Assembly: GCF_002571385.2 (NCBI RefSeq) | Contig: NW_019218633.1 | Location: 1 to 64,000, forward strand | Direction: 5' to 3' | DNA: 64,000 nucleotides | Source of the DNA: Stylophora pistillata | Lineage: Eukaryota | Part shown: positions 1 to 11,024 of the stretch, one piece after another | Layout: each line of letters opens with the position of its first letter | Position numbering within the stretch: the stretch's first letter is position 1 | Made by a program: the position numbers and the translations under genes | Notes under the pieces: generated by a model | What the model saw: only the letters and a program-made list of their open reading frames with translations | Told to the model about the DNA's origin: nothing | Database searches by the model: none

Positions 1-214
1 ACAGAACAATTTTCAAGGTTTTCCTCAAGGAACTCAATCTCCGATTTGTTTAAAGACGATTGAATAGTCGCCGCCATGATTACGCATTTTAGTGTGTTTT
101 CAGTTTTAAATGTCATCCTTTCGCGGGCTTTCGCAAATATTCGCGGGTTTCATAATTTCCCCGCTGACCAAACTTACCGTTTACTCTTACCCTCGACGAG
201 CGCCTTCGATATAG

Positions 215-760
215 CATCACCCCAATCAGTCAGAGATAGACTGGGACCGGTACCGTTTATCCTTGGCCCGTATGAGGCATCTTGCTACGCAGTCGACCAA
301 TCTTAGGGTGACGTGTAAATACAACACATATGGTCCTCAGTGCAAGGACTATGCTCAAGCAGAACTCGAACACCACAATTTCTTTGCAACATTCAACAGC
401 AAATGTAGAGTTTACGAACGCATCTACATCCGAGGGATTGAATGTAGGAACTGCACCGCTCTGACCAGTCACCCAAGTGACCCCGCCTGGCACATTGATA
501 ACTACACAAGTTCAGCCTATGGATGCGATTTTGATGGAAAACCAGGAATGGGAGAGAGTGAGTATAACTTTGGATGGTATACTCTTGGAAAAGTAAACAC
601 AGATCACCGATGCACATCATCTAAATCGGCGACAACTCAACTTCTGGTTTGGTATTTTTTTTTTCATCCACCTTTTACTCAAAGTCTTCCCACTCACATT
701 AATTTTTGGTGCTTTCCTCGATACATTTCTCATAAATTTAGCGCTTGGAGCTGGTATTGA
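215..760 (+). CDS. Probable last coding exon of an uncharacterised Cys/Trp-rich extracellular-type protein (upstream exons outside window)
   Basis: AG at 213-214, then open frame DWDRYRLSLARMRHLATQSTNLRVTC...YIRGIECRNC...WHID...YGCDFDG...NFG...RCTSSKSATTQ, resembling from memory a domain common in coral proteins; likely frameshift near 641 makes the 3' end uncertain. Confidence 0.5.
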   Translation, partial: HHPNQSEIDWDRYRLSLARMRHLATQSTNLRVTCKYNTYGPQCKDYAQAELEHHNFFATFNSKCRVYERIYIRGIECRNCTALTSHPSDPAWHIDNYTSSAYGCDFDGKPGMGESEYNFGWYTLGKVNTDHRCTSSKSATTQLLVWYFFFHPPFTQSLPTHINFWCFPRYISHKFSAWSWY

Positions 761-1669
761 GCCCTACCAGTTATTTTTTCTTTTATCTTTCTTTTCATAC
801 CTTGTTGCTTGAAAATACATATTGATATTTTATGAATATTTCTTTTTGGTCACTGACAGCATGAGTAAACGGTTAAAACAATAAAAAAGGCCACTTTGGT
901 TGGATTCAGGTGCTCCAATAAATTCTGATTAAGTTTCTGGATTTTATGTGCCACTCTACCACATTAACAGAGCGTAATGTAAATCATTTCAAAATAATAA
1001 TAAATCAGTTTCTTGCAAGGCTTCTTTATGGCCGGTGAGTAATATAACTTAAGGTATGGTATATGCCACTTAACCTGGGTAACACGGTGAACAGCTCAAG
1101 CAAATTAGTGTATGCGAGTGCGTAATTTGTATTCTAAAATAAGAGTGCTTCATGTAAATATGTGAATATCTGCGTATGCAGGTCACATATTATGTGATGT
1201 TTGCTAAAAGGTTATCTTATTATACAAGAATACCAGAGTTGGATAAAACTAGCGAGATATCATATTAACATAACATTGTGGGATTATTGGACCATGGATT
1301 TGACCGTTAAAAACGTTAACTCAATCATGACAAAATGACTTTAAAGCAGCAGAATGCAAGATTTTAATGGTCAGTTGTATCAAATTAAAAGCTTTGCCGT
1401 TCAGGAAGACGAAAACGTGTGGCCGTTTCCTAGTCAAATACCGCGATGAATATATTCGCACATGATCAAAATAAACATAATTTACCCTAAAATATTGTTT
1501 ACTACTAAATGTTATAGTAGCTAGTTGGAAACGAAGTCAAATGGGGTAATTTTCGAGCTCTGATTTCTTGAACTTTTTTTTTCTTATCCTTCTTATTGCC
1601 TTCTCTAAAGTTCTAAAATGGTTCCAATGAGTGACTCAAAATAAGATAAATCTGTTTGGTAGACCTAAA

Positions 1670-1935
1670 TGGAGAAATTGTGAAAGTAACGCAACGGCAA
1701 AACCAATCAGAAGAAAGGAAAATATCTCAGAAAGCCAATGAAACTCGAATTAAGAACAATTGAGCAAACTATCTAAAGATCTCTTAAGCGCGGGAAAGTA
1801 CGTGTTTCCAAAGCGGGATTGGGTTCAGTTTTGTTTATGATTGGTAGAGCGATCGAGTGGCGCAAGTTTTCTGGACCAATCATGGAGCAAGGTAAAGCAA
1901 AATTAATGCAATCCCGGAATTGAAAACTGCTCTAC
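1670..1935. repeat. Degenerate MITE-like interspersed repeat
   Basis: Opposed ccaatca/tgattgg motifs, aagcgcgggaaa core, ends tgaaaactgctcta; recognised by resemblance only. Confidence 0.35.
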
Positions 1936-2667
1936 TAAATAAAAGTCAAGTACTCGTGTAACTGTCATTGACAGCAACCTGTCACGGGGAAGACACTATG
2001 AAGCCCTTATGACCTTCTTAGCTCAAGAAGGAATCAAACGAATTATTAAATACATTGAAATCTTCTCGCTGAATTTTTTCTTTCAAAAATATAAAAAAAT
2101 ATAATTTCTCTTGTGAGCTCATTTGGAGTATGTAAGTTATCTAGAAAGGTAAGTTGAATGATAAAATGTTTTTAAGAATAACCAGCCAGTGGCAAAATGG
2201 TTTGATTCTACCAGTTCGTTCTGTAATTTGAAGATTGAAAATTTCATTTAAATACATTTGAAAGCGAGAATTCCGCGAATTTCTTCGAAACTTCAATTTG
2301 AGTTTAAATACACGCAATTACAAAATTGACTTAATTTATTGCCATTAGCAGTGCTACATTAGCTGAGTATCACTCTGAGAATTCAATCCTTCTCCTCAGG
2401 CCATGAAACAATTTGGAATTTTGTAGATACACTTGACGATAAAAACCAATTAACAGTAACGAATGTGGACTATCAGCAAACCCTGTGTTTACAATTTCAA
2501 TTCAATATTGTTTGAATGATATTAACAGATATCGCTTCTTATATTTTCGCAAAGAAGAAACCAGCATCTCACTTATCTTAGCTAAAATACCCACTTTACA
2601 TCAGACCATGAACTAATCAGGAATACATTGCATTTGTCTGTTTTTAATATTTTCAAATAGTTCTCCA

Positions 2668-5600
2668 ATGTCTGCCCGTAAGTCTCACGCCTCAAAGAGA
2701 TGGCTAGTTTTAATAATAACAACAAATTGGATGTTTCTTACCTTTGGTAGAGAGGTAAGTATTCACGGTAAAAAAGAACGTCAACACCTTAATTCTATAT
2801 CGGATAGAACAGATCCAGTCTTAGGTTATGTGGGGGATAAACGGGAATTGGGTGGAGGGGGGCATTTGTAAAGTTTCTTCTTCATTAATTGTAAACTGCC
2901 GCTGGCAGTCTGGAAAAGTTTCCCGCACAGTTTTATAAAGTGCATTAGAACACTGCATGGAAATACGCTTTTGAAATTGATATTATTATTATTATTATCA
3001 TCATTATTATTATTATTATTATTATTATAAACGGCAATGTAATGTGAGGCTATACTATATCAGATATTCAGAATCATAGTACTATTTCAGATGTTCACCA
3101 TCATAGTACTGTTTTAGTAATGGCTGTATACACATAGCCATTGTAGAAAATAGATCGTTAATCGTCGACTATTCATCATCACCGTTGCCCTGTTTTTTTT
3201 CTTCATAGCTATTTCAACTTAATGTCAAATTTCACATTTGACATTCGTATCCGTGGTGAGGGGTATAAGTCTTAACCCTAGTTATGCAATTATTCATAGA
3301 TGAGTACTTGTGGATTGCCTACAACAGGTCTTGAACCGACTCGAAATGTTCTCCATTTAGTGACTTTACTCATTATGTGGTCCATGTACTTTACTATTAT
3401 CAGAATTGTTTCACGCATGACAATTTTATTATCTCCGAAAGGTACTTTAGAGGAGGTTATAGTTCAATTGAATCTGCTTACTTTTGATAAAAGATTATCT
3501 GGCAAAGTTGCCAGCCATTTCCCATTCGTTCATTGTTGGATTATTCTGAGTAAAAGGCATTAGGAATTTAACAGATGTCTCTCTAAATCCCCAGAATAGC
3601 GTACTCGTCAAAAGAGACACAACCCTTGAGAATGTAAAAGCGATGTACAATAGATTTGTCAGTGATTCAACAGGAAAGGTAAGTTGAGGTAAGGGAAGTT
3701 GCCCGATTAAGATGGTCAATATTATGGAGCTCGTGCTGAATACTGGACAATGTTCTTCAAAGTCTCACATGCCGTTTTATTGGATCACCCAGGCAAAATA
3801 TGCTGACGCTGGAAATAACGCTTGCTCGATGGACCTGCCCCCGTCTTTAACGAAAACACCAGGGATAGTTCATGTGGCTGCATCAAAGCACGACTTCCAG
3901 GGTTCTCTTGGATGCGGAGTGTGTCTTAAGATTGTTGGAAGTGGAAAGCCTGCTGCAGCAGATCTGGACGGCTCACCACCAGTCGAAGGAAGCTTAAAAG
4001 GAATAATCGTCGACCAAGACGATTCACTGAAGCAGGGTGCTGACGGCCTTTCACTGCAATTCTGATTACATCTCTCATTATATCAATCATTGCATTTTTT
4101 TAGCAATTTTCAATAATTTCAAGACAAATAATTTGAATGATTCAAGTTGTTACTCATGTGAGATCGGGGTTCTTAGAGGGGTTTGAATCACTTCAGAATC
4201 TATCCTTGTTTCACTTTAGGAGACCTGGCTCTACTTCCTCCTCAGACTGGAAGTGGTCTGTGGGAGATCAGCTTCAAAGCTGCTGACTGCCCATCAGCCC
4301 AGGGACCAACTGGATACATCCAGTTTCGTTTTACTGGCAGTAATGACATGTATTTCAAACTACAAGCCATGAATGCTAAGTAAGTAACGGCACAAAAATG
4401 TTTCTCCATTAGCTACCCGTGACCTACCCACGCACAATCAACACATAAAGAACTTTTTGGTTTTATTTTGTTTGTTTGTTTGCCAAACGTTCTTCATGAA
4501 TCTCCTACTCTGCAGAGTTCCTGTGGCTGGCATTGAAGCCTTTGAACGGGTAAAAGGCAAGTGGTTTTGCCTCACAAGAACGACGAATAACTTCTTTACC
4601 AACGAAGGAATGGGTGCTGTATCATTTCCACTGAAGGTGCGCTTGACTAGTATCATGAATGAACAGCTAGAGGCGACAATCAACGCTCTTAGAAACGACA
4701 AGGTTATCAGTTCTGATGTTCAGTTCTCGGACACTGAAGTGAGAGGTGAGAGACACACTAAATCACTTGTAGAGTTGTTCTCACTGATAACTAAATCAGA
4801 AGTGAACCCTTCCATACTTAGCCAAACAAAATAATGGGCTGAGTAGGTAGTCAAAGAAGCTACTTTTCTGTCCATATTTCTAAATAGAAATATTCTGTCT
4901 TTCCCAACGTAGGGAGGAGGAGATGTGATTCTCGTTTAATTTTTGTTGTGTAAAGAACTTCGATCTTCACCTAAATCTTGATCTCCTGACATTTCCACAG
5001 GGGGATCACCTGAAGGAATTAAATGTTATGGTCAAGGTGACAGACCCTCTTCTCCAGAAGGTAGGCGAGCACGAGGTTTCCGTCAATTTTGGTGCATCTT
5101 TTTTACGAGAGTCACTTTATTATGCCTCCTTTCTAAAACTTATCAAGCTCCCATATGGGTGGACCAGCGTAATAAAACGAACTAATCATATGATACAAAT
5201 TTCATAGGTATTGGAATGTAGATCTCACTTGTAAAAGCCTTTTAGTAAACCCTTCATTAATTTTTTTTTAATTGAAGCTAGGCTAAAAGAAAGTAATTTC
5301 CGTGGCTTGATAATGAAGGAAACTCAGTAATGTTATATATATGCGTCCTAAGCTAAGCATCGATCGGCCTTTGACCACACAAGATTCTCGATCTGATAGT
5401 TTACGAATGCCTAAACATCCATCTATGAAACAATACCCGCACTATCAATCGTGAAAAATGTATGGTTTGTTGTATTTTGCACTACATTAAAACTTTATTC
5501 CTCTCTATTAGTATAGGTAATCACATGATTTCGAGTGTAATTTGGAATAAATAAGCACGACTAAAGTTTTTCAAAGACTAACAAAATTGCATGAGCATGA

Positions 5601-8600
5601 GCATGAGTGTAAATTGTGGTCTTCTAAAAAAATTTACAAGTGCTTATTATTCCAAATTACACGAGAAAAATCATGTGATTATGTATTAATAATATACATT
5701 AAAAAATACGACGTAGCTTATTATAATTACGCAGAAGAAAAGCACGCGCTTCACGTGCAAAAATTATTTATTCAAACCCAGCAAGTGACATTCGGTCAAA
5801 ACAACCGCGTATGATCAAAAAAATATGATAAAATGAAATTTTCACATCTTTAAGGCGCAAAAAAGTTCAAAGTCTGGCCAAACAGTTCAAGAAATTGTTC
5901 AGTGAGTTTAGTAGTTCTGTGAGTTTGTTTGATTATTGACCAATCAGAATGTCTGGTTTGTTACTTTTTTGCACTTAATTAACCCTCTTCTGTACTGAAT
6001 TAACTCTCTGCTGCATAGCATTGCCTGAAAACTGCATTTTTCTTAACCAATCAGAACTGAGTAATTTTTCATGTATATCATTAAAATATAAAAGCTAGAC
6101 TAAAAAATAATTAAGTGTTTTGATGCTTAATAGGCGATGAAGGATTCTGTGTGTCCAAAGAGGATGGAATATATGCAGATCCAAAAGACGAGACCGCTTT
6201 TTACGTCTGCCAGGGTGAAAAGGCAACAAAGAAATTTTGTCCAACTGGACTAAAATTCAATCCAGTAATATCTTCCTGTGATGTGCCAGAAGATGTAAAA
6301 TTTGTTGGCGCTGAGGCCGAGTCTGCAGGGCCATTTGACTCAAAAGAAGGCAATAGATGGATTTCTTTACAAGAAGATGGTAACTTGAGGGTTTTTTCGG
6401 TAGGTGAAAGCGAAAAGCCAACTAAACCAGATGACAAGGCGATTTCAAAGGTACCGCAACCTCACAAGTTGTTTTCAATCAACATATTCAACGGTGTCCA
6501 GATCCCTGGAACAAACCGAAATAAATCTGCGAGTAGCGGAAGATTTCAAGGACATTTTCAAGATAATGTGGTAAATATCACTTCAGAGGAATCAACTCTA
6601 CCCAATGGGAAGGCCAAAAATCCCGAACTCGTGCCTGAAACGAAGATTAAATCAAAGAACAACGAGGGCTTGCAAAATGCCTCCAACCCAACGATTGAGG
6701 ACAATAATTCAGTCACTGTGTCGCCTTCACAAAAGTTACAGCCAGCAAGTAATGGCAAGTTGAGTCAGAAAATGGATCAAAAGGAGTGGGTGAGTTATGA
6801 AGGAAAAACAAAGAATTCACGTGATTCAGCGGGTATTACTCGCTTGAAAAATTTTTCTGAAAATCATTTGTCATCGAATGATCTAAGTCATTTCAGTCCA
6901 ACCCCTCACAAGTTATTTGCTATAAACATCTATGGCTCACATCCCCAACTTCTGAGTGTGCAGCATGAAATGAAGACTGCCACTGAGAACACACTGGATA
7001 GAGAACATACGACAGAACCAGTAGATCAGTATAGAAACACGAATTCCTTTACTGACCACAGTCAAAAAGTTCAAGTTGACTCATCAGAGTTTCACATTAG
7101 TGAAGGTGAGGTGTTAAAAAATCCTGGCCAGCTTACAACTGATATCAACGAAAAGAAAACAGAAAATGCCAATTTTGGGGGCGAGACCAATACGTTTAGC
7201 ACAAATGATTCCATAAGTTCGATGCCACTTCACTTTAAACTTAAAGTTAACATGGACAACAGTGGAAAACAGCCTGTGATTAACTGCACTTTGTCTGAAT
7301 GCCTTGAGAATGACTTCGCAATACAGGAAGATAAGACGAATACCTCGAAGCAGCCAGTAAATGGGTCAAAACCAGAACCTATTGTACCGCAGCAGAAACC
7401 TGGCGGCGAGAACAATTATAAACTTGACGATTTTCGGGTAATGTTTAAAACTGGTCAGCCAGAGTCAATGACTCAGAAACAAGAGGTGAAGGAATCGCCC
7501 GCCCTTCCAAGGAATTTAACAAAAATCATATTACCGCCTCATCTGCAGAATGTAACGAACCTCACCCAGCAGAAAGATTCTTACCAAACTCCTATTCAGC
7601 AGTTAAAAGTTTCTGCCAAACAGCAAAATGGAGGCGTGCTTTCTTTACACCATAACGATACGATATCATTAGAAACAGGTAAAAACAGAGAGCGAGGTGA
7701 AGTAAAAACAGACGACAAAACAAAGACCATGAAGAGTGGCGAAATCGACAAACCTGACGGAATAACAGGTGTAGATCAACAAGCATCTACTACGTACGAG
7801 AAAAACTTCTCAAATTCAAAAGGTTCTTTGGGTGGAAAGTACGAAACTGCAGTGACTACGGACCCAAATCAAGAACCTGACAGCGAAAAGGTCTCTGATA
7901 AATTCAAAGAGCAAAAAGAGAGCTCTCCGAACAACAATTTTCAAACCAATTTAAAATCGGACAGTGTAACGAAGCAGCTGGAAAATGCCAATATTAAAAA
8001 TCCCTTTCTTGAGCAGCAACCGCTAGGTAATCACGATTTTGTTCAAATTCAGAGCCATCCACAACTAAAGATAATTTTGAAAAATCCTGGGAGAATTTTG
8101 AATCCTCTTAACAGACGATCAGATGCCAAAGGTCATCACATTGTTAAGATTTTAAAAAGCTTGATCGATAGGCCGCTTGAGTTAGGTTCTAAGCGCAAAG
8201 AGGTCGTTTCTATGTTATCTAGTATCGCCAACAAAACAGTTACAGGAACGGCACGAGAGAATATACCTGAAGATGATTCCAGGGCAGTAGAAGATAGTGG
8301 AAATATCGCCCAGAGTATGTTAGAAGCAAACAAGGAATACCTTGACGCTATTGCTATGCAGGGAATGGTGTTCAGTGACGGGGATCCTGAAACCGAGAAT
8401 ATGACAAGCATGGATGGCTCTATTAATCACAGTCATGGTTATCGACAGCAAGAATATGAAGCTTCTCGGTGGAAAAGTCCGCATACAGAAGGACAAGATT
8501 CTTCAACAGTGACCCATGAACATAGCCTCGACGTCACTACTCACCAAGATGATTCGGTCCACGGTGAGTATTTGATAACTCGACTTCAAGAGGACGGAGG

Positions 8601-10164
8601 CAGTGGTAAGTAATCCTTAATTTTATTTGTGCGTTATCTTAATGGTTCGTCCTAATAATGAAATAATGGTTAAAGCCGAGAAGTGTACCAAAAAACCGAG
8701 AAGTGTACCAAAAAACCGAGAAGTGTACCAAAAATAGACAGCATGAGAAATATGAATCCAATTGCGCTGTGAAAGTTTTGAGAATCGAAAGAGACGTGGT
8801 TTACCTTATTTAAATAATGCTCAGAAATCAGCCAGCGATACTTCTACAGCGTCATCATTACGGAGACCTGCATGGATAAGATAACACTAAGCGCACTTTA
8901 CAATTTACAATTTTACAATTTATCACTTATAGAGCGCTGTTTACAATGACAGATGAACAGCGCTTTACAATCAATCCTAACCCGCCCATCCCACCCCAGG
9001 GGAGGACATCCATCACACAGTAATCTCGTGCGTGGGAAATTAACGTCTCCTACCTCTAACCCTGTAGGACACGGGACCTCCATTTATTCGTCCCTATCAG
9101 AGAAGACTAGAATATCTAGCCATTTCTTGATGTTATAGAAAGGTAGCATATTCTTCTCAATTATTTTAAGACCTTGAGTGTTGGTCCGGCCGGGGACTGA
9201 ACCCTCGACCTCCCGCACAACAGTCCAGCGCTCTATCCATTGAGCTAACCGGGAGGCGGTTTAAAATAAAAAGAGATACAAGACTAATTAACCGAAAGCG
9301 TTTCTTGGTATTAGCAGAGTTAAATCCTCTGTTAACTCTTAATATTACTATTATTACTCACATTATCCTATGAACTCTATTTCCCCTGTATTAACTCTTG
9401 TTTTTAGGTGAAAGCGTGAGCGGGATGGGAAGTAGTAAAGATATTGGATCGGGTAAACCTGGACGCGTTAGTGGATCCAAAGTTCTGCATAACAGTCCTG
9501 ACAGGATGTCTGCCACAGATGGACCGAACGGAGCATCAGAAATGAACGCTTACAGAGGAGGGATGCGTAAACCAAAAGTTGATTCGAGTGAGGACATTTT
9601 TTTTCCATACAAAGGAATTCACTCTTTCTGTATCTCTTGAATTAAAAGGGAAATAATTCACAAAATATGTGAGTGAGTGAGCTACGATAAACTTGGTAAA
9701 GAACGACGTAGAGTGTGAAAGGAAAAAAGAGAAAATCTGAGTACCTATGCAGATATAAGGTTCATTAAGTTCTGATTTCGTGGTCGAATGCTCTCCTGAG
9801 AAACGAAGGAAATCTTAGTGAAATAAAACATAGTTGCGTTAGCCTCAGAAGCGGTCCACTTTCTGCATGCTGTTAGGATGAGGGAAGTTAAGAACGCCCC
9901 AATCTCCATAATTGTTGAGATATTACTTTACATTAACTAACATTTAACTTTCTTCTCTCAGGATTGAAATCCTTTTGCATCGGAAAGTCAAGCGGAATTT
10001 ACACAAATCCTTTCGAACAAAAGAGCTTTATTGTCTGCTCTAATGGAGTGTCAGAGGAGAGAGAGTGTCCTGGGCCTTTGTTGTTTAATCCAAAAGAAAA
10101 GATGTGTGATATACCAGATCAGAGTAAAACCCGTGGGAACAAAGAAAAGGAAAGAAACTACTAG
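2668..10164 (+). CDS. Secreted expansin-like (DPBB + CBM63-like) protein with two CBM14 chitin-binding domains and a long low-complexity spacer, ~1225 aa. Exons 2668-2754, 3595-3678, 3793-4036, 4220-4379, 4516-4745, 5001-5060, 6134-8563, 9408-9587, 9962-10164
   Basis: All eight introns GT-AG with matching phases (total 3678 nt). Hydrophobic N-terminus; GKAKY..GNNAC, SLGCGVCLKIVG, IIVD, WEISFKAADCP (DPBB); IQFRFTGSN..FKLQAMN.KVPV, W..LTR...NFF, FPLKVRLTS (expansin domain 2); FC..K.DGIY.DP...FY.C...CP.GL.FNP....CD.P twice (CBM14). Confidence 0.85.
5511..6085. mobile_element. Non-autonomous DNA element with internal palindrome, in intron 6
   Basis: taatcacatgattt...gtgtaatttggaataa (5519-5550) is mirrored by ttattccaaattacacgag...aaatcatgtgatta (5648-5681); right boundary approximate. 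Confidence 0.5.
8675..8733. repeat. 20-bp tandem repeat, 3 copies
   Basis: ccgagaagtgtaccaaaaaa repeated three times. Confidence 0.9.
8900..9262 (-). mobile_element. tRNA-derived SINE, family A
   Basis: tRNA-like head on minus strand (ttagctcaatggatagagcg...ggtcgagggttcagtccccggcc); body tatcagagaagactagaatatct...ttttaagacc shared with 22545-22715; ttacaat-type tail near 8897-8920. Confidence 0.7.
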
Positions 10165-10406
10165 CTAAGAAGTGATTGCGATGTGTTCGTCGATAAATCC
10201 TTTTTCAGTACTAGTGGCCACTATTTATCTCATGGAAAATTTGCCTTAAATAGAACACTTTAAAAATTTTAGTTTAGTGTACACTGTAACTCGCATTGAC
10301 GAACAATATCTTCAGACGTTTACATGAATGATGTAATGTGTGCTGGCATGGCTTCCACCAACCAGACAAGTCTGCATTTATTTCCAAATCTAAGAAGATA
10401 TTTTCC

Positions 10407-10817
10407 NNNNNNNNNNNNNNNNNNNNNNNNNNNNNNNNNNNNNNNNNNNNNNNNNNNNNNNNNNNNNNNNNNNNNNNNNNNNNNNNNNNNNNNNNNNNNN
10501 NNNNNNNNNNNNNNNNNNNNNNNNNNNNNNNNNNNNNNNNNNNNNNNNNNNNNNNNNNNNNNNNNNNNNNNNNNNNNNNNNNNNNNNNNNNNNNNNNNNN
10601 NNNNNNNNNNNNNNNNNNNNNNNNNNNNNNNNNNNNNNNNNNNNNNNNNNNNNNNNNNNNNNNNNNNNNNNNNNNNNNNNNNNNNNNNNNNNNNNNNNNN
10701 NNNNNNNNNNNNNNNNNNNNNNNNNNNNNNNNNNNNNNNNNNNNNNNNNNNNNNNNNNNNNNNNNNNNNNNNNNNNNNNNNNNNNNNNNNNNNNNNNNNN
10801 NNNNNNNNNNNNNNNNN
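10407..10817. other. Assembly gap
   Basis: Run of N. Confidence 1.
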
Positions 10818-11024
10818 CCACCACCACCACCAACGCAGTACCACATTTTCTTTAGAAACTTATCCCTTTCTTAACTATGGAAGAAGTCAGAATGTTTATG
10901 ACGACCTATTTTCAGTCAGTGTTTGATCTGTTTGTCAGTTCATTTTATATCATCTGATTTCACCTCCCGTTTTAGCAGGCACGTCACGTCAGGTCACACT
11001 GAGTAATGCCTCCTTTTCTACTAG

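Noticed and set aside
76-306. 76-aa ORF with hydrophobic start as a secreted peptide
   Set aside because: Overlaps the better-supported exon from 215 in another frame; no recognisable motif.
3793-4745. Bacterial contamination as the source of the expansin sequence
   Set aside because: The domain is split by canonical spliceosomal introns and embedded among animal genes and repeats.
10274-10926. Long ORFs spanning the N-run
   Set aside because: Artefacts of translating the gap.
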